This document shows, piece by piece, positions 45,993 to 56,599 of a DNA stretch of 64,000 nt. The stretch is from NCBI GenBank assembly GCA_038126035.1, contig JAYPEY010000007.1:38084-102083 (forward strand), given 5' to 3'. Below the pieces are notes generated by a model. The model searched no databases. It saw only the letters and a program-made list of their open reading frames with translations, and was not told the DNA's origin. Positions within the stretch are counted from its first letter, which is position 1; every line of letters begins with the position of its first letter. A program made the position numbers and the translations under genes. The stretch is from Verrucomicrobiales bacterium. Lineage in GTDB: Bacteria > Verrucomicrobiota > Verrucomicrobiia > Limisphaerales > JAYPEY01.

Positions 45993-48197
45993 ATGCAGCG
46001 GTTGCTCAAACTGGCTCCGATTCTTGTCCCGGCGATCGTGGTCGCCCTGGTCTGCGGCGTGGCCGCGATCGAGCGCATTTCGCCGGACATGGTGATGCTG
46101 GAGCGCTGGGAGCACGACACCTACGACTGGCGTTGCCGCAAGGCGTTGGATGACAATGCGCCGGCGGCGACGAATCTCGCCTCGGTTTTCATCGACAATG
46201 TCAGCCTTGAGCTATTCAACGAGGAATTCGGGCTCAAGTGGCCTTGGCCGACGGTGATCCACGCGAACACGGTTCGCGAATTGGGAGCCCAAGGGGCGAA
46301 GGGCGTCGCCTTTGACGTCCTGTTCGCGGAGAAGGACATGGACGACGACCTTGTCGGGGAGCCCAATGACGTCTACTTCGCCCAGCAGTTGAGCAATGCC
46401 AACAACGTCGTGTTGGCCAGTTTTGGCGAGACCGGAGCGAACGGGATCTGGAAGGTGGAGCCGCCCCACGATCTGCTCCGGACCAACACCTTCAGCATCG
46501 GCCACGCGACAGCGGACTACGATCAGGACGGAATTCTGCGCAAGGCGGCCGCCTACAAGATCGACCCGGAATTCGGTCGCGTCTGGCACATGGCCATCGT
46601 GATGGCGGCCCGGGCCCTGGAAATCGATTTGGAACGGAGCCTCGTGGAGGACGACCGAATCCACTTCAAAAACGCGGCCGGCGAAACGATCCGGTCGATG
46701 CCGGTCGATTCAGACGGCTACTTCTATATCAACTGGCGGCTGACCTGGAACAACAGCCGCCTGTTTCAGCTTTCGTCGGTGGAGGTCTTCAACATGGACA
46801 GCCAACGCGAGGTCGGCGGCGCCGAATTTGAGGCCTACCTCGAGCAACTGCGCACGGTCGGCGGGAAGACCATTCCCGGGAATTCGCCATTCAAGGACAA
46901 GCTGGTCTTCATCGGCTCCACGGCCTCGGGCAACAACGTGTCCGATATCGGCGCGACGCCGGTGGCGGAAGAGACCTTCCTCGTCAGCAAGCACTGGAAC
47001 ATCGCGAACTCGATGATGATGGACGCCTTCATCGAACGCACCTCGCTGAAGCTCGACCTGGCGCTGATCGTGATGCTGGGCGCCGCGGCGGCGGTCCTGA
47101 CGCGTCGCCTCACGCCGCCCTGGTCCACCCTGGCAATCGCGGGCATCGGCGGGGCCTACTTCTTCACCGCGGTCCAGGTGTTCCTGAATTCCCGGTATTG
47201 GATGCCGATCATCCTGCCGGAAATCGGCGGACTGGCCCTGCCGCACATTGCGCTGGTCTGCTATCAGGTGATCTTCGAGCAGAAGGAGAAGCGGCGGGTG
47301 AAGGGCGTGTTCTCCAAGCTGGTCTCGCCGAACGTCGTGCAGGAACTGCTCTCCAGCGAGCAGCTCAACTTCGGCGGCCAGCGCAAGAACATCACCGTGA
47401 TGTTCTCCGACGTCCGCGGCTTCACCTCGATGACCGACGAATACCACAAACGCGCCGAGGCCTTCCGCGAGGAACACGCCGAGGAGACGGAGCGGGTCGA
47501 GGAATTCTCGGACAAGATGGCCCAGGAATCCCTGGCCAACGTGAACATCTACCTGGGCGCCATCTCCAACATGGTCAAGAAGCACGACGGCACCCTCGAC
47601 AAGTACATGGGCGACTGCGTCATGGCCTTCTGGGGAGCCCCCACCGAGAACGAACAGCACGCGCTTAGTTGCGTGAAGGCGGCGGTCGACGGCCAGCGCG
47701 CCATGTATAAGCTGAACCTCGAGCGCATGGCCGAGAACCGCCGGCGAGAGCAGGAGAACGAGGAACGCTTCAAGCGCGGCGAGGAGCCCCTGGACATGCT
47801 GCGGCTCCTGGCCCTCGGCTCCGGCATCAACAGCGGCGTCTGCATCGTGGGTCTCATGGGCTCCGAACAACACATCCTCAACTTCACCGTCTTCGGCCGC
47901 GAGGTGAACCTGGCCAGCCGGCTGGAGGCCGTCTCCGGCCGCGGCCGCATCGTGATCGGGGAGAACACCTACAACGAGATCAAGCGCTACGCCCCGGAGG
48001 AGGTGGAGACCTACGACGCCCTCAAACCCGTCATGGTGAAGGGCATCGACCGCCCCGTCCCGATCTACGAGGTTCCCTGGAAGGAAAACTGGGAGGAGCG
48101 CGAGAAGCTCGAGATGGAGATCATCGGCGAAATCATCCCCCTCAAGCCCAAGGAAGCCCTCGTCTACGAGGCCAAGCCCAAGGCCCAGTCCCTGGAT

Positions 48198-48206
<9 letters not shown>
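45993..48206 (+). CDS. CHASE2-domain adenylate/guanylate cyclase (class III)
   Basis: ATG 45993 (GTG 45990 is also possible). N-terminal TM segment, periplasmic CHASE2-like region, three TM segments, then [27 protein letters not shown] and [15 protein letters not shown]. Confidence 0.85.
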
Positions 48207-48344
<138 letters not shown>

Positions 48345-48384
48345 TCTGCTTGCATTTCCCCGTCGCCGGGGCGAAGAATCAGGC

Positions 48385-48879
48385 ATGCCGGTCACGGTCA
48401 ACATTCGCAAACTGGAAGACTCGCCCATCGCTCTGGAGGGCGAGATCCCGTTGGACGAACTGGAATTCGTCTCCAATGACGAGATGGTCTCCTGCTCGCA
48501 ACCTCTGCAATACAAGGTGGAGGCGGAACATTTGGAGGATGCCATCCTGGTCCGCGGCGAGATTTCCCTGCCATTGGACTGCGAATGCGTCCGCTGTCTG
48601 CGGCCCTTTCAGGACGAGATCCGGATGGCGGATTTCGCCGTGCATCTGCCGCTGGAAGGGGAGGATGCGGTCCCGATAAAGAACGATTGCGTGGACTTGA
48701 CTCCATTTTTGCGGGAAGATACGTTCCTCCGATTGCCGCAACACCCTCTCTGCCGGCCGGACTGTGACAAGCTGCCCGAACTGAAGACGGGAAGGGTGTC
48801 TCCCGAAGACGCGAAGGGCGCGTCGAACGGGGCCGCGGCATGGAACGAACTAGACAAACTGAAACTCGATCAACCGTAA
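48385..48879 (+). CDS. yceD: YceD/DUF177 family protein
   Basis: ATG 48385: MPVTVNIRKLEDSPIALEGEIPLDELEF...LDCECVRCLRPF...HPLCRPDC (Cys pairs typical of DUF177). Lies directly upstream of rpmF, which is the conserved arrangement. Confidence 0.8.
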   Translation: MPVTVNIRKLEDSPIALEGEIPLDELEFVSNDEMVSCSQPLQYKVEAEHLEDAILVRGEISLPLDCECVRCLRPFQDEIRMADFAVHLPLEGEDAVPIKNDCVDLTPFLREDTFLRLPQHPLCRPDCDKLPELKTGRVSPEDAKGASNGAAAWNELDKLKLDQP

Positions 48880-48885
48880 CGATTT

Positions 48886-49074
48886 ATGCCTCATCCAAAG
48901 CGCAAAAACTCGAAGCAACGCGTCGGCAAGCGCCGCTCGGCGAACAGCTCGATGACCCTGCCGCAACTCGGCGTCTGCCCGCAATGCGCGGAGCCCTATG
49001 TCCCGCACCGGGTCTGCCCCGCCTGCGGTTACTACAAGGGACGCCAGGTTGTGACCGTCGATTCGCTGGTCTGA
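48886..49074 (+). CDS. rpmF: 50S ribosomal protein L32
   Basis: MPHPKRKNSKQRVGKRRS...CPQCAEPYVPHRVCPACGYYKGRQVV, 62 aa with a zinc-ribbon CxxC...CxxC. Confidence 0.95.
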   Translation: MPHPKRKNSKQRVGKRRSANSSMTLPQLGVCPQCAEPYVPHRVCPACGYYKGRQVVTVDSLV

Positions 49075-49087
49075 CAGCCTGCCTTTC

Positions 49088-49130
49088 GAGCGCGGTTGGT
49101 GAAGTTGTACACGCCGCGCTCTTTTCATTT
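49088..49130 (+). terminator. hairpin + T-rich tract between rpmF and plsX (weak terminator/attenuator candidate)
   Basis: GAGCGCGG (49088-49095) pairs with CCGCGCTC (49114-49121) across an 18-nt loop, then TTTTCATTT. It ends 3 nt before the plsX ATG. Confidence 0.3.
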
Positions 49131-49132
49131 CC

Positions 49133-50176
49133 ATGCGTATCGCATTGGATGTCATGGGCGGCGACCGCGGCTGCGGCGTGGCCATCGGCGGCGTCAAGCA
49201 GGCGCTGCGCGATTACTCCCACATCGATGAGCTGATCCTCGTCGGCCGGGAGGATGACATCAAGTCGGCCCTCCACGAACAGGGCTGCCGCGATTCGCGC
49301 GCGCGCGTCCATCCCGCCACGGAGGTCCTCACCATGGAGGACAAGCCGAAGGAGGCGATCCGCCGCAAGAAGGACTCCTCCCTCGTCCGCGCCGTCGAAC
49401 TGGTCAAGAACGGCGAGGCCGACGCTGTCGTCTCACCGGGAAACACCGGCGGCCTCATGATGGTCTCCACCATCAAGCTGCGGCCGTTGGAATCGGTCGA
49501 TCGCGCCGCCATCGCCACGGTGATGCCTTCGAAGGAGCAGGAGTTCATCCTGATCGACGGCGGCGCCAACGCCGAATGCAAGCCGCTGAACCTTGCGCAG
49601 TTCGCGGTGATGGGCAGCGTCTATTCCCGCGATATCCTGGGCCGCGACAAGCCGAGGGTCGGCGTGTTGAGCAACGGCTCCGAGGACATGAAGGGCAATG
49701 AACTCACCCGCGAGGCGGCCCGCCTTTGTCGCGAGATCGACGTCAATTTCATCGGCTATGTCGAGGGGCATGACCTGTTCGCCGACCGGGTCGAGGTGGT
49801 CGTCACCGACGGCTTCGTCGGCAACATCGTGCTCAAGTCCTGCGGTAGCCTCGGCAAGGCGATCAAGCAGACCCTGAAGGACGCCTTCATGAGCAGCTTC
49901 ATGAGCATGCTGGGAGCCAAGCTCGCCAGCGGCGCCATCGGCAGGATCCGCGAGCGCTTCGACGCCGACAGCTATGGCGGCGCCCCCCTGCTCGGGCTCA
50001 ATGGCAATGTCATTAAGGCGCACGGATCCTCCGGCGAATTCGCCATCAAGAACGCCATCCGCGTCGCGGCCGAATCGACCCGTCACAAGATCAACGAGAC
50101 GATCGCCCGGGAGGTGGCGGCGGCCAATGCAATCGCCGAAAAACTCGCCGCCGAGCCCGCGCATTCCGAATCATGA
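49133..50176 (+). CDS. plsX: phosphate acyltransferase PlsX
   Basis: MRIALDVMGGDRG..., VSPGNTGG..., GFVGNIVLKS..., GAPLLGLNG. Conserved position between rpmF and fabH. Confidence 0.95.
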   Translation: MRIALDVMGGDRGCGVAIGGVKQALRDYSHIDELILVGREDDIKSALHEQGCRDSRARVHPATEVLTMEDKPKEAIRRKKDSSLVRAVELVKNGEADAVVSPGNTGGLMMVSTIKLRPLESVDRAAIATVMPSKEQEFILIDGGANAECKPLNLAQFAVMGSVYSRDILGRDKPRVGVLSNGSEDMKGNELTREAARLCREIDVNFIGYVEGHDLFADRVEVVVTDGFVGNIVLKSCGSLGKAIKQTLKDAFMSSFMSMLGAKLASGAIGRIRERFDADSYGGAPLLGLNGNVIKAHGSSGEFAIKNAIRVAAESTRHKINETIAREVAAANAIAEKLAAEPAHSES

Positions 50177-51213
50177 GTCCACAACTTCCCGACAGAGACT
50201 TCAAGAACCCGCGAGCCAACCATGGCTTTGTGGGGCGCACCTGTTCCATCTCCGCCGTCGGCGCCTACGTGCCCGAGAGGGTGATGACCAACGCCGACCT
50301 GGAGAAGATCGTCGACACCACGGACGAGTGGATCACCACCCGCACCGGCATCCGGCAGCGACGCATCGCCGCAGAGGATGAGCACACCTCCGATCTCGGG
50401 GCCAAGGCCGCCAGGATCGCCCTGGATCGCGCCGGGGTGAAACCCGAGGAGGTGGATCTCGTCATCGTGGCGACCCTGACGCCGAACATGCTCTTCCCCT
50501 CCACAGCCTGCCTCGTCCAGGAGAAGATCGGCGCGTCGAACGCGGCCGCATTCGACGTCGAGGCCGCCTGTTCCGGATTCATCTACGCCCTGGAGATCGG
50601 ACAGCAGTTCATCATGTCGCGCACCTACGACACCGTGCTCGTCATCGGCGCGGAGAAACTGTCCTCGATCATCGACTGGCAGGACCGCAACACCTGCGTG
50701 CTGTTCGGCGACGGCGCGGGCGCGGCCGTGCTGCAGAACCGGGAAAGCGCCCACGGATTGCTGACCGCCTGCATGGGCGCCGACGGCGGCAAGGCGGGAC
50801 TGCTCTCCATGCCCGGCGGCGGCAGCCAGATCCCGGCCTCCGTGGAGTCGGTCAACAACCGCCTGCATTACCTGCGCATGGACGGCAAGGAGACCTTCAA
50901 AAACGCGGTGAACGCCATGTGCACCGCGGCCCGGGAGGCCCTGGCCCGCTGCGAACTGGATATCTCCCAGATCAAGTGCATCATCCCGCATCAGGCCAAT
51001 CAGCGGATCATCTCGGCGGTCGGCGACCGTTTGGGGGCGACGGAGGATCAGGTGTTCGTGAATGTCGACAAATTCGGCAACACTTCGGCCGCCTCGGTGG
51101 CGATCGCCCTAGATGAAGCGGTCGAAACCGGCCGAATTCAACGCGGAGACCTGATTCTGATGGTGGTTTTCGGCGCCGGCCTTACCTGGGGCGCCGCAAT
51201 AATTGAGTGGTGA
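50173..51213 (+). CDS. fabH: beta-ketoacyl-ACP synthase III
   Basis: ATGA overlap with the plsX stop. DEWITTRTGIRQRR. Catalytic contexts AACSGF (Cys), PHQANQRI (His) and FGNTSAAS (Asn). Confidence 0.95.
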   Translation: MSPQLPDRDFKNPRANHGFVGRTCSISAVGAYVPERVMTNADLEKIVDTTDEWITTRTGIRQRRIAAEDEHTSDLGAKAARIALDRAGVKPEEVDLVIVATLTPNMLFPSTACLVQEKIGASNAAAFDVEAACSGFIYALEIGQQFIMSRTYDTVLVIGAEKLSSIIDWQDRNTCVLFGDGAGAAVLQNRESAHGLLTACMGADGGKAGLLSMPGGGSQIPASVESVNNRLHYLRMDGKETFKNAVNAMCTAAREALARCELDISQIKCIIPHQANQRIISAVGDRLGATEDQVFVNVDKFGNTSAASVAIALDEAVETGRIQRGDLILMVVFGAGLTWGAAIIEW

Positions 51214-51272
51214 AGGCCCGTTCCAGCGGATTGACCTGCGACGCATTTCTGCTATCTTCCTCTGACGGTCCT

Positions 51273-51590
51273 ATGAGCGCGACAAAACTTGACACATCCG
51301 GTGTGTTCTCCGATTCGCCCGAATCCGGGCAGGAAACGCTTCTCACCCTTCCCTCCAACAGCTTTAACGTCAGCAAGAACGGCATTGAATTCCAGACGTC
51401 CCGGCCGATCGCGGACTGGACCGAGATGACCGTGGAACTGGAGGATCCCAACGGGGGCAAGAGCGTCAAGTGCACGGGGATCGTCGTCGGCTGCAACGGC
51501 GCCAAGGCCACCGGCTATTCCGTGTCGATGGTCTTCATGAACCTGACGCCCGGGGCCGAGGCCTCGCTCGCGCAGCTTTCCGCCGGCTGA
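51273..51590 (+). CDS. small PilZ-like domain protein (non-canonical)
   Basis: ATG 51273, 105 aa. NVSKNG fits the (D/N)xSxxG half of the PilZ c-di-GMP motif, but no RxxxR lies upstream. Sits directly upstream of pilT. The assignment is tentative. Confidence 0.5.
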   Translation: MSATKLDTSGVFSDSPESGQETLLTLPSNSFNVSKNGIEFQTSRPIADWTEMTVELEDPNGGKSVKCTGIVVGCNGAKATGYSVSMVFMNLTPGAEASLAQLSAG

Positions 51591-51654
51591 TCCGCCGCGC
51601 GTTTTTTTCCCTTCGAACCCAGCAACCGCCAACCGACCGACTCTCTCCCGACCC

Positions 51655-52782
51655 ATGTCCGCACAAGCAACCCTGGACAAAATCCTCGCCGCCGCGGCCG
51701 AAGGCAGCGCCTCCGACATCCACATGAAGGAACGCGGTCCGGTCATTTTCCGGATCGACGGCGGCCTCGTCAGCGTGGACGCCAAGTTCCAGCACGCCGA
51801 CGGAACCGTGTCGGAATGCCCGGATAATGCCTGGTTCGAGGAACTGAAGGACGCCATCGTCCCGGAGCACTCGATGCCACAGCTGCTGAAGGAACGCGGC
51901 GTCGACTTCTCCTATCTCGCCGAAGGCGTCGGGCGTTTCCGTGTGAACCTGTTCCTGCAGCGCGGCATGTGGGCCATGGCCATGCGTCTCGTCAAGAACA
52001 CCGTGCCGAGTTTCGAGCAGCTGGGCATCATGCCCATCCTCAGGGAAATCGCCGAGGAACCCCGCGGCATCGTCCTGCTCGCGGGCGCGACCGGCTCCGG
52101 CAAGTCCACCACGCTGGCCGCGATGCTCGAACATATCAACGAGAACTTCCGCAAACACATCGTCACGCTGGAGGATCCGATCGAATTCAGTTACGAGGAC
52201 TGCCAGTCCGTCATCGAGCAGCGCGAGATCGGCCTCGACTGCGAGTCCTTCCAACGCGGCATGAAGCACGCCCTGCGTCAGGATCCCGACATCATTCTGG
52301 TGGGTGAGATGCGCGACGACATCAGTCTCCGCACGGCCATGAGCGCGGCGGACACCGGTCACCTGGTGCTGTCCACGCTGCACACCACCAACGCCGGCAC
52401 CTCGGTCCAACGCATCCTCGACTTCTTTGAGGCGGGCGAGCGCCCGCAGGTGCGCAGTCAGCTCTGCACCACGCTCAAGGCCGTGATCTGCCAGCGCATC
52501 ATCCCGCGCATCGGCGGCGGCGTGATCCCGGCCCAGGAAATCCTGATCAACACCAAGACCGTGCAGAAGCTGATCAAGGAGGACCAGGTCGGCAAGATCC
52601 CGGTCGCCATCGAGACCGGCTTTGACGACGGCATGCAGGACTTCAACCGGGCGCTGCTGGATCTCGTGAACGCCGGCACCATCACGAAGGAGACCGCGCT
52701 GGAGAAATCCGACAACCCGCGCGCCCTCGAGATGAACTTCCAGGGCATCTTCCTCAGCCAGGGCAGCCGCATCCTGGGTTGA
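51655..52782 (+). CDS. pilT: type IV pilus retraction ATPase PilT/PilU family
   Basis: Walker A GATGSGKSTTLAAM, Walker B/Asp box DPDIILVGEMRD, and the LSTLHTTNA His-box region. 375 aa. Confidence 0.9.
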   Translation: MSAQATLDKILAAAAEGSASDIHMKERGPVIFRIDGGLVSVDAKFQHADGTVSECPDNAWFEELKDAIVPEHSMPQLLKERGVDFSYLAEGVGRFRVNLFLQRGMWAMAMRLVKNTVPSFEQLGIMPILREIAEEPRGIVLLAGATGSGKSTTLAAMLEHINENFRKHIVTLEDPIEFSYEDCQSVIEQREIGLDCESFQRGMKHALRQDPDIILVGEMRDDISLRTAMSAADTGHLVLSTLHTTNAGTSVQRILDFFEAGERPQVRSQLCTTLKAVICQRIIPRIGGGVIPAQEILINTKTVQKLIKEDQVGKIPVAIETGFDDGMQDFNRALLDLVNAGTITKETALEKSDNPRALEMNFQGIFLSQGSRILG

Positions 52783-52867
52783 TTCAGCTCCGCTGGCGGC
52801 CGCCGTCGCGGGGAACCGAAGTCGCACGACGGCGGTCGCTTCCTCGACGCCCTCTTGAGGCTGCGCG

Positions 52868-54403
52868 ATGACCCAATTGATTCACGGCGGACGAAGCAGC
52901 TCCAGCCGCGGCTATCTTTTCGCGCTGGGTCTTTCGGCCGCGACGCTTTCCTCCGCGCCCATTCCGATCACCGAACGACCGCAGCTTTTACTCGACGACT
53001 TCATTGTTCACAGGACCGAAGCGGTCGAACGGATGATTCATCAACCGCGGGACATCGCCGCCAATCCCGTCATGGCTCCCGAACATCCCTGGGAGCATCG
53101 GCGGATTCCCTTCGGCTCCGTTCTCTGGTTTCCGGAGGAGAAGAAGTTCAGGTGCTGGTACCTGACCCTGAACATCTACGATTCCCGGCCCGGCTTCCGC
53201 GGCTACCGGAAGGAACATCACGTGCCTGTCAACGAGGCGGCGTTCATCTGTTACGCGGAGTCCCGGGACGGCGTACATTGGACCAGGCCAGGACTGGGTC
53301 TTCATGAATTCCGGGGCTCAAAGGAGAACAACATTGTCCTCGTCTCGCCGGGCACGCACTTCGACAGCCTTTCGGTGATGCGCCTGCCGCACGATCGTGA
53401 GTGGCCGTTCCGCATGATGGTTTTCATCGGGCGCTGGCCCTACAAGGACGACCCGGTAAGGAAGAAATGGGGCGACCCGCCGCCATTCGGCATCCAGCGA
53501 CACGGGCATTTCGCCTTTGGTTCCAAGGATGGCATCCACTGGAAGGAATTGAACGGGAATGAGCCCGTCCTGCGCGTCTCAGACCGCAGCATGTTCTGGT
53601 GGAATCCTGACAAACGGATCTTTGTCGGCGCGGCCAAGCGATCACGCGACGGCAAGCGCGCGCAGGCCTACGCGTGGAGTCGAGACATGATCCACTGGAC
53701 GATCACGCCTGATTGGATTCATCACGCCGACGAACGCGACCATCCCGGCGATGAGGGCGAAGCGGCGTACGGGTTTCCTTACGGGGACCAATGGGTCGGT
53801 TTCGCGGAAATGCGGCGCGTGCGCAGGAACCAGGACACGCGGATCAACTGGGAGTTGCTGGGCAGTCGCGACGGGCGTCACTGGTCCCGCCCCGTGCGCG
53901 GGCTGTTTTTCGCTGACGCCGGCAGGGAGACCTGGCGCCATAAAGTCTTCAAGGTTTTCGCCAATCCGCCCATTGAGCGGGACGGGCGGTTGTTGATCTA
54001 CTACGGCGGCAAGACCGGGAGAGTTCCACTGGAAACCGGCTATGAGCCGTTTCAGGCGCTCTGTCTCGCCACCTTGAGGAAGGACGGGTTTGCTTCGTTG
54101 CGCGCCGGCGATCGAACCGGGGAACTGATTACAAAACCGCTGCTGATGAAGGGGGCGAGGCTGTCCGTGAACCTGGCGACGCGGGAAAATGGCGACCTGC
54201 GGGTGGAGGCGCAGGATGTCGCAGGCGCGCCGATCAAAGGCTTCGCGTTGAGCGATTCCGATCCTGTCGTGGGCGATCATCTCGATCATCGGGTGACCTG
54301 GAACGGGGATGGCGATGTCGCGAGTCTTTCCAGTCGCGTTGTGAGGCTTCGGTTTGTGATGCGGGACGTGGATTTGTATTCGTTCAAGATGATTGCGCAA
54401 TAG
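52868..54403 (+). CDS. secreted hypothetical protein (possible beta-propeller glycoside-hydrolase-like fold)
   Basis: Intact 511-aa ORF with a signal-like N-terminus (YLFALGLSAATLSSAP). Trp/Gly-rich repeated strands (RDGVHWTRPGLG, KDGIHWKELNG, RDMIHWTI, RDGRHWSRP) suggest a propeller. The function is not supported beyond that. Confidence 0.55.
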   Translation: MTQLIHGGRSSSSRGYLFALGLSAATLSSAPIPITERPQLLLDDFIVHRTEAVERMIHQPRDIAANPVMAPEHPWEHRRIPFGSVLWFPEEKKFRCWYLTLNIYDSRPGFRGYRKEHHVPVNEAAFICYAESRDGVHWTRPGLGLHEFRGSKENNIVLVSPGTHFDSLSVMRLPHDREWPFRMMVFIGRWPYKDDPVRKKWGDPPPFGIQRHGHFAFGSKDGIHWKELNGNEPVLRVSDRSMFWWNPDKRIFVGAAKRSRDGKRAQAYAWSRDMIHWTITPDWIHHADERDHPGDEGEAAYGFPYGDQWVGFAEMRRVRRNQDTRINWELLGSRDGRHWSRPVRGLFFADAGRETWRHKVFKVFANPPIERDGRLLIYYGGKTGRVPLETGYEPFQALCLATLRKDGFASLRAGDRTGELITKPLLMKGARLSVNLATRENGDLRVEAQDVAGAPIKGFALSDSDPVVGDHLDHRVTWNGDGDVASLSSRVVRLRFVMRDVDLYSFKMIAQ

Positions 54404-54495
54404 GCTGCGCGGTTGAAGACACCTGAACGCGGCCGGAGGCATCCGCAGCGCGCCTTGCCAAGGAACCGTGGCATCGTCACGATGGCGACGATTCG

Positions 54496-56340
54496 ATGAG
54501 ACTCAGAACCATCATTCCTCCGATGTTCCTCGCGTCGGTTGCGTTTTGTTCCCAAGCCGCCGACCTGCAGATTGTCGCCTGCGGCGAATTGAAAAACGCC
54601 GGCATTGTCGAGGGACGATGGACCCGGGAAGAAGGCCATCTCGTTTCGACCGGGCGACACTATCTCTACGCGACGCGGGGCCTGGGCGCCGGCGACTTCC
54701 GGATTCGCGCGCGACTAAGCCTGGACCGTCTTGAGCGAACGGCGGCGGCGTTCGTGCTGGATGGCAATCAGTTCGGCTTCGAAGGAGCCCACGGTTGGAT
54801 GTTTGTCAACGGACCGCAGTTCGGAAAAAGCCGGACCATCGGCGACCCCCTGGATTTCATCGAGGCCGGAAAGCCGTTCGATCTTGAGGTGACGCGGAAG
54901 GGAAAGACCCTGTTCTTTCGGATCGATGGGGAGGAGGTTTGGAAGACTGACTATCCGCAGGGGGACGTCCGCCATTTCGGTTTGCGACCGTGGCGCGCGA
55001 CGATGCGGATCCATCGTTTCACAGCCGAAGGGACGCTGATCTCCGCCGCCTTGCCGGAACAACCCACCCCCGCCCCCCCTGCCCTGCCCGCGCCCGCCAA
55101 ACCGCCCTTCGTTTTCGACGGAGACCGGGATCGTTTTGTCCGCCGGCTCCTGGACGCCTCGGATGGGATGTTGGCCCGCCTGGAAACCGCGCGAAAGGCG
55201 GGTCTGCTGGAACTGGCGCCGGTCAGCCTTCCGACGCATCCCAAAGGCGACAACAATCACTTTGGCTGGCCGGTCGCGACCATGCTCGACGATACGGTGA
55301 TCGTGGTCCATCGCGCCATGCCCGGACACAACCGCGGCCTGTCCGGCAAGGCGGACGAGGACACGACCTATTCGGTGATCGTCCGTTCAACGGACGGCGG
55401 CAAAACCTGGACCGAGCCCTACGACGTTCGGGACTGCATGAGGCCGGAGGACCGGAATCGCGGCGGCTTTGTGCCCTTGTGTCACCGCTTCAAGTTCGAT
55501 CCGGGCAACGCAAGCCCCCTCGGATACAAATTGCACCTCAACGCCATCGGCTCAACGCGCAATGGCGGCGTGATCCTGGTCGGCGATCACGGCGTCTTCC
55601 GATCTGAGGACAAGGGCGCGACCTGGCGACACCTGCGCTCAGCCTTCCGCGAGGACCGGCATGAAGGGCCCTTTGCCTATGTCGGGCCGAGAATCATCGA
55701 CGATCCGACGCACGGCCTGCTCCTCTTTGCCCACCACACGATCTATCGCAATCGGCGACCGTTCGACATTGCGCGTGAGATTGCGGTCTACCGTTCGCGG
55801 AACGGGGGTGAAAGCTGGGAGAAGAACACGCTCTCGCTGCCCGACTGGTGCAAACCCGCCGAACCGGATGTCATCGAGCGCGCCGGGCGCTACCTCGCCA
55901 TCGTGCGCAATCAGGCTCCGGCAAACATCCTCGCGCAGATGAGCTTCCGGTTTGGCGACGCCGCGATCGTGGACGCCGCCAACACGCCGATGAAGACCAA
56001 GGTCTCGGTCGACACCTCGGCGCTCTGTTTCAATCCGGTCACACGTCGCTTTGAGGTCGTCCAGTCCCGACGCGAGGACATGTCGATCCATCTCTACAGC
56101 CTGGCGCCGGAAGACTGGTCGACGGCGGCCTGGCGCCACGAGGGCCGCCTGTTCAGGCGCGCGGCCGGATTCTACAAGACGGCCGACGGCTTCCACACCG
56201 GCGGCGCGGTGATGAATGCCGGACACGGCGTTCAACACATCTTCTTCTATTGCGGCCACCCGGGCGGACCGGCCGGGGTGTTTCGACTCACGCGCACACT
56301 GGACACACCACGGCTGGCGCGTTTTCTGGAGAGCAATTGA
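54496..56340 (+). CDS. DUF1080 (LamG-like) + BNR/Asp-box sialidase-like protein
   Basis: Signal MRLRTIIPPMFLASVAFCSQA. The N-domain ends ...WRATMRIHRFTAEG (DUF1080-like). Asp-boxes: RSTDGGKTW, RSEDKGATW, RSRNGGESW. Confidence 0.75.
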   Translation: MRLRTIIPPMFLASVAFCSQAADLQIVACGELKNAGIVEGRWTREEGHLVSTGRHYLYATRGLGAGDFRIRARLSLDRLERTAAAFVLDGNQFGFEGAHGWMFVNGPQFGKSRTIGDPLDFIEAGKPFDLEVTRKGKTLFFRIDGEEVWKTDYPQGDVRHFGLRPWRATMRIHRFTAEGTLISAALPEQPTPAPPALPAPAKPPFVFDGDRDRFVRRLLDASDGMLARLETARKAGLLELAPVSLPTHPKGDNNHFGWPVATMLDDTVIVVHRAMPGHNRGLSGKADEDTTYSVIVRSTDGGKTWTEPYDVRDCMRPEDRNRGGFVPLCHRFKFDPGNASPLGYKLHLNAIGSTRNGGVILVGDHGVFRSEDKGATWRHLRSAFREDRHEGPFAYVGPRIIDDPTHGLLLFAHHTIYRNRRPFDIAREIAVYRSRNGGESWEKNTLSLPDWCKPAEPDVIERAGRYLAIVRNQAPANILAQMSFRFGDAAIVDAANTPMKTKVSVDTSALCFNPVTRRFEVVQSRREDMSIHLYSLAPEDWSTAAWRHEGRLFRRAAGFYKTADGFHTGGAVMNAGHGVQHIFFYCGHPGGPAGVFRLTRTLDTPRLARFLESN

Positions 56341-56391
56341 TGAAAGCTGCAGGCGCTCAATGGCAAAACGCGCTCGCGTGGATCAGACGCT

Positions 56392-56495
56392 GCCGCGCAG
56401 CCGTCCCGGTTGCAGGTTTTGGCGGCGTCCCGCCGCGAGATTCGAACGGCCGGGCGGGACGGCCGGCGAACCCGCAGGCGAGGACGCCTACGCCA
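56392..56495. repeat. inverted pair of R2-family repeats
   Basis: 56392-56436 (CTGCCGCGCAGCCGTCCCGGTTGCAGGTTTTGGCGGCGTCCCGCCGC) is a reverse-complement R2. 56455-56495 (...GGCGAACCCGCAGGCGAGGACGCCTACGCCAC) is a diverged forward R2. Confidence 0.6.
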
Positions 56496-56599
56496 CGCGG
56501 ATCAGGAATGGCGATATGAATGCATCCGGATCAATCAAGAATCTGAAATGTAGCGCGTCCTGTTGTGTTGTCCTGCTGGTCGCGACGCTTGGCGCGCAC

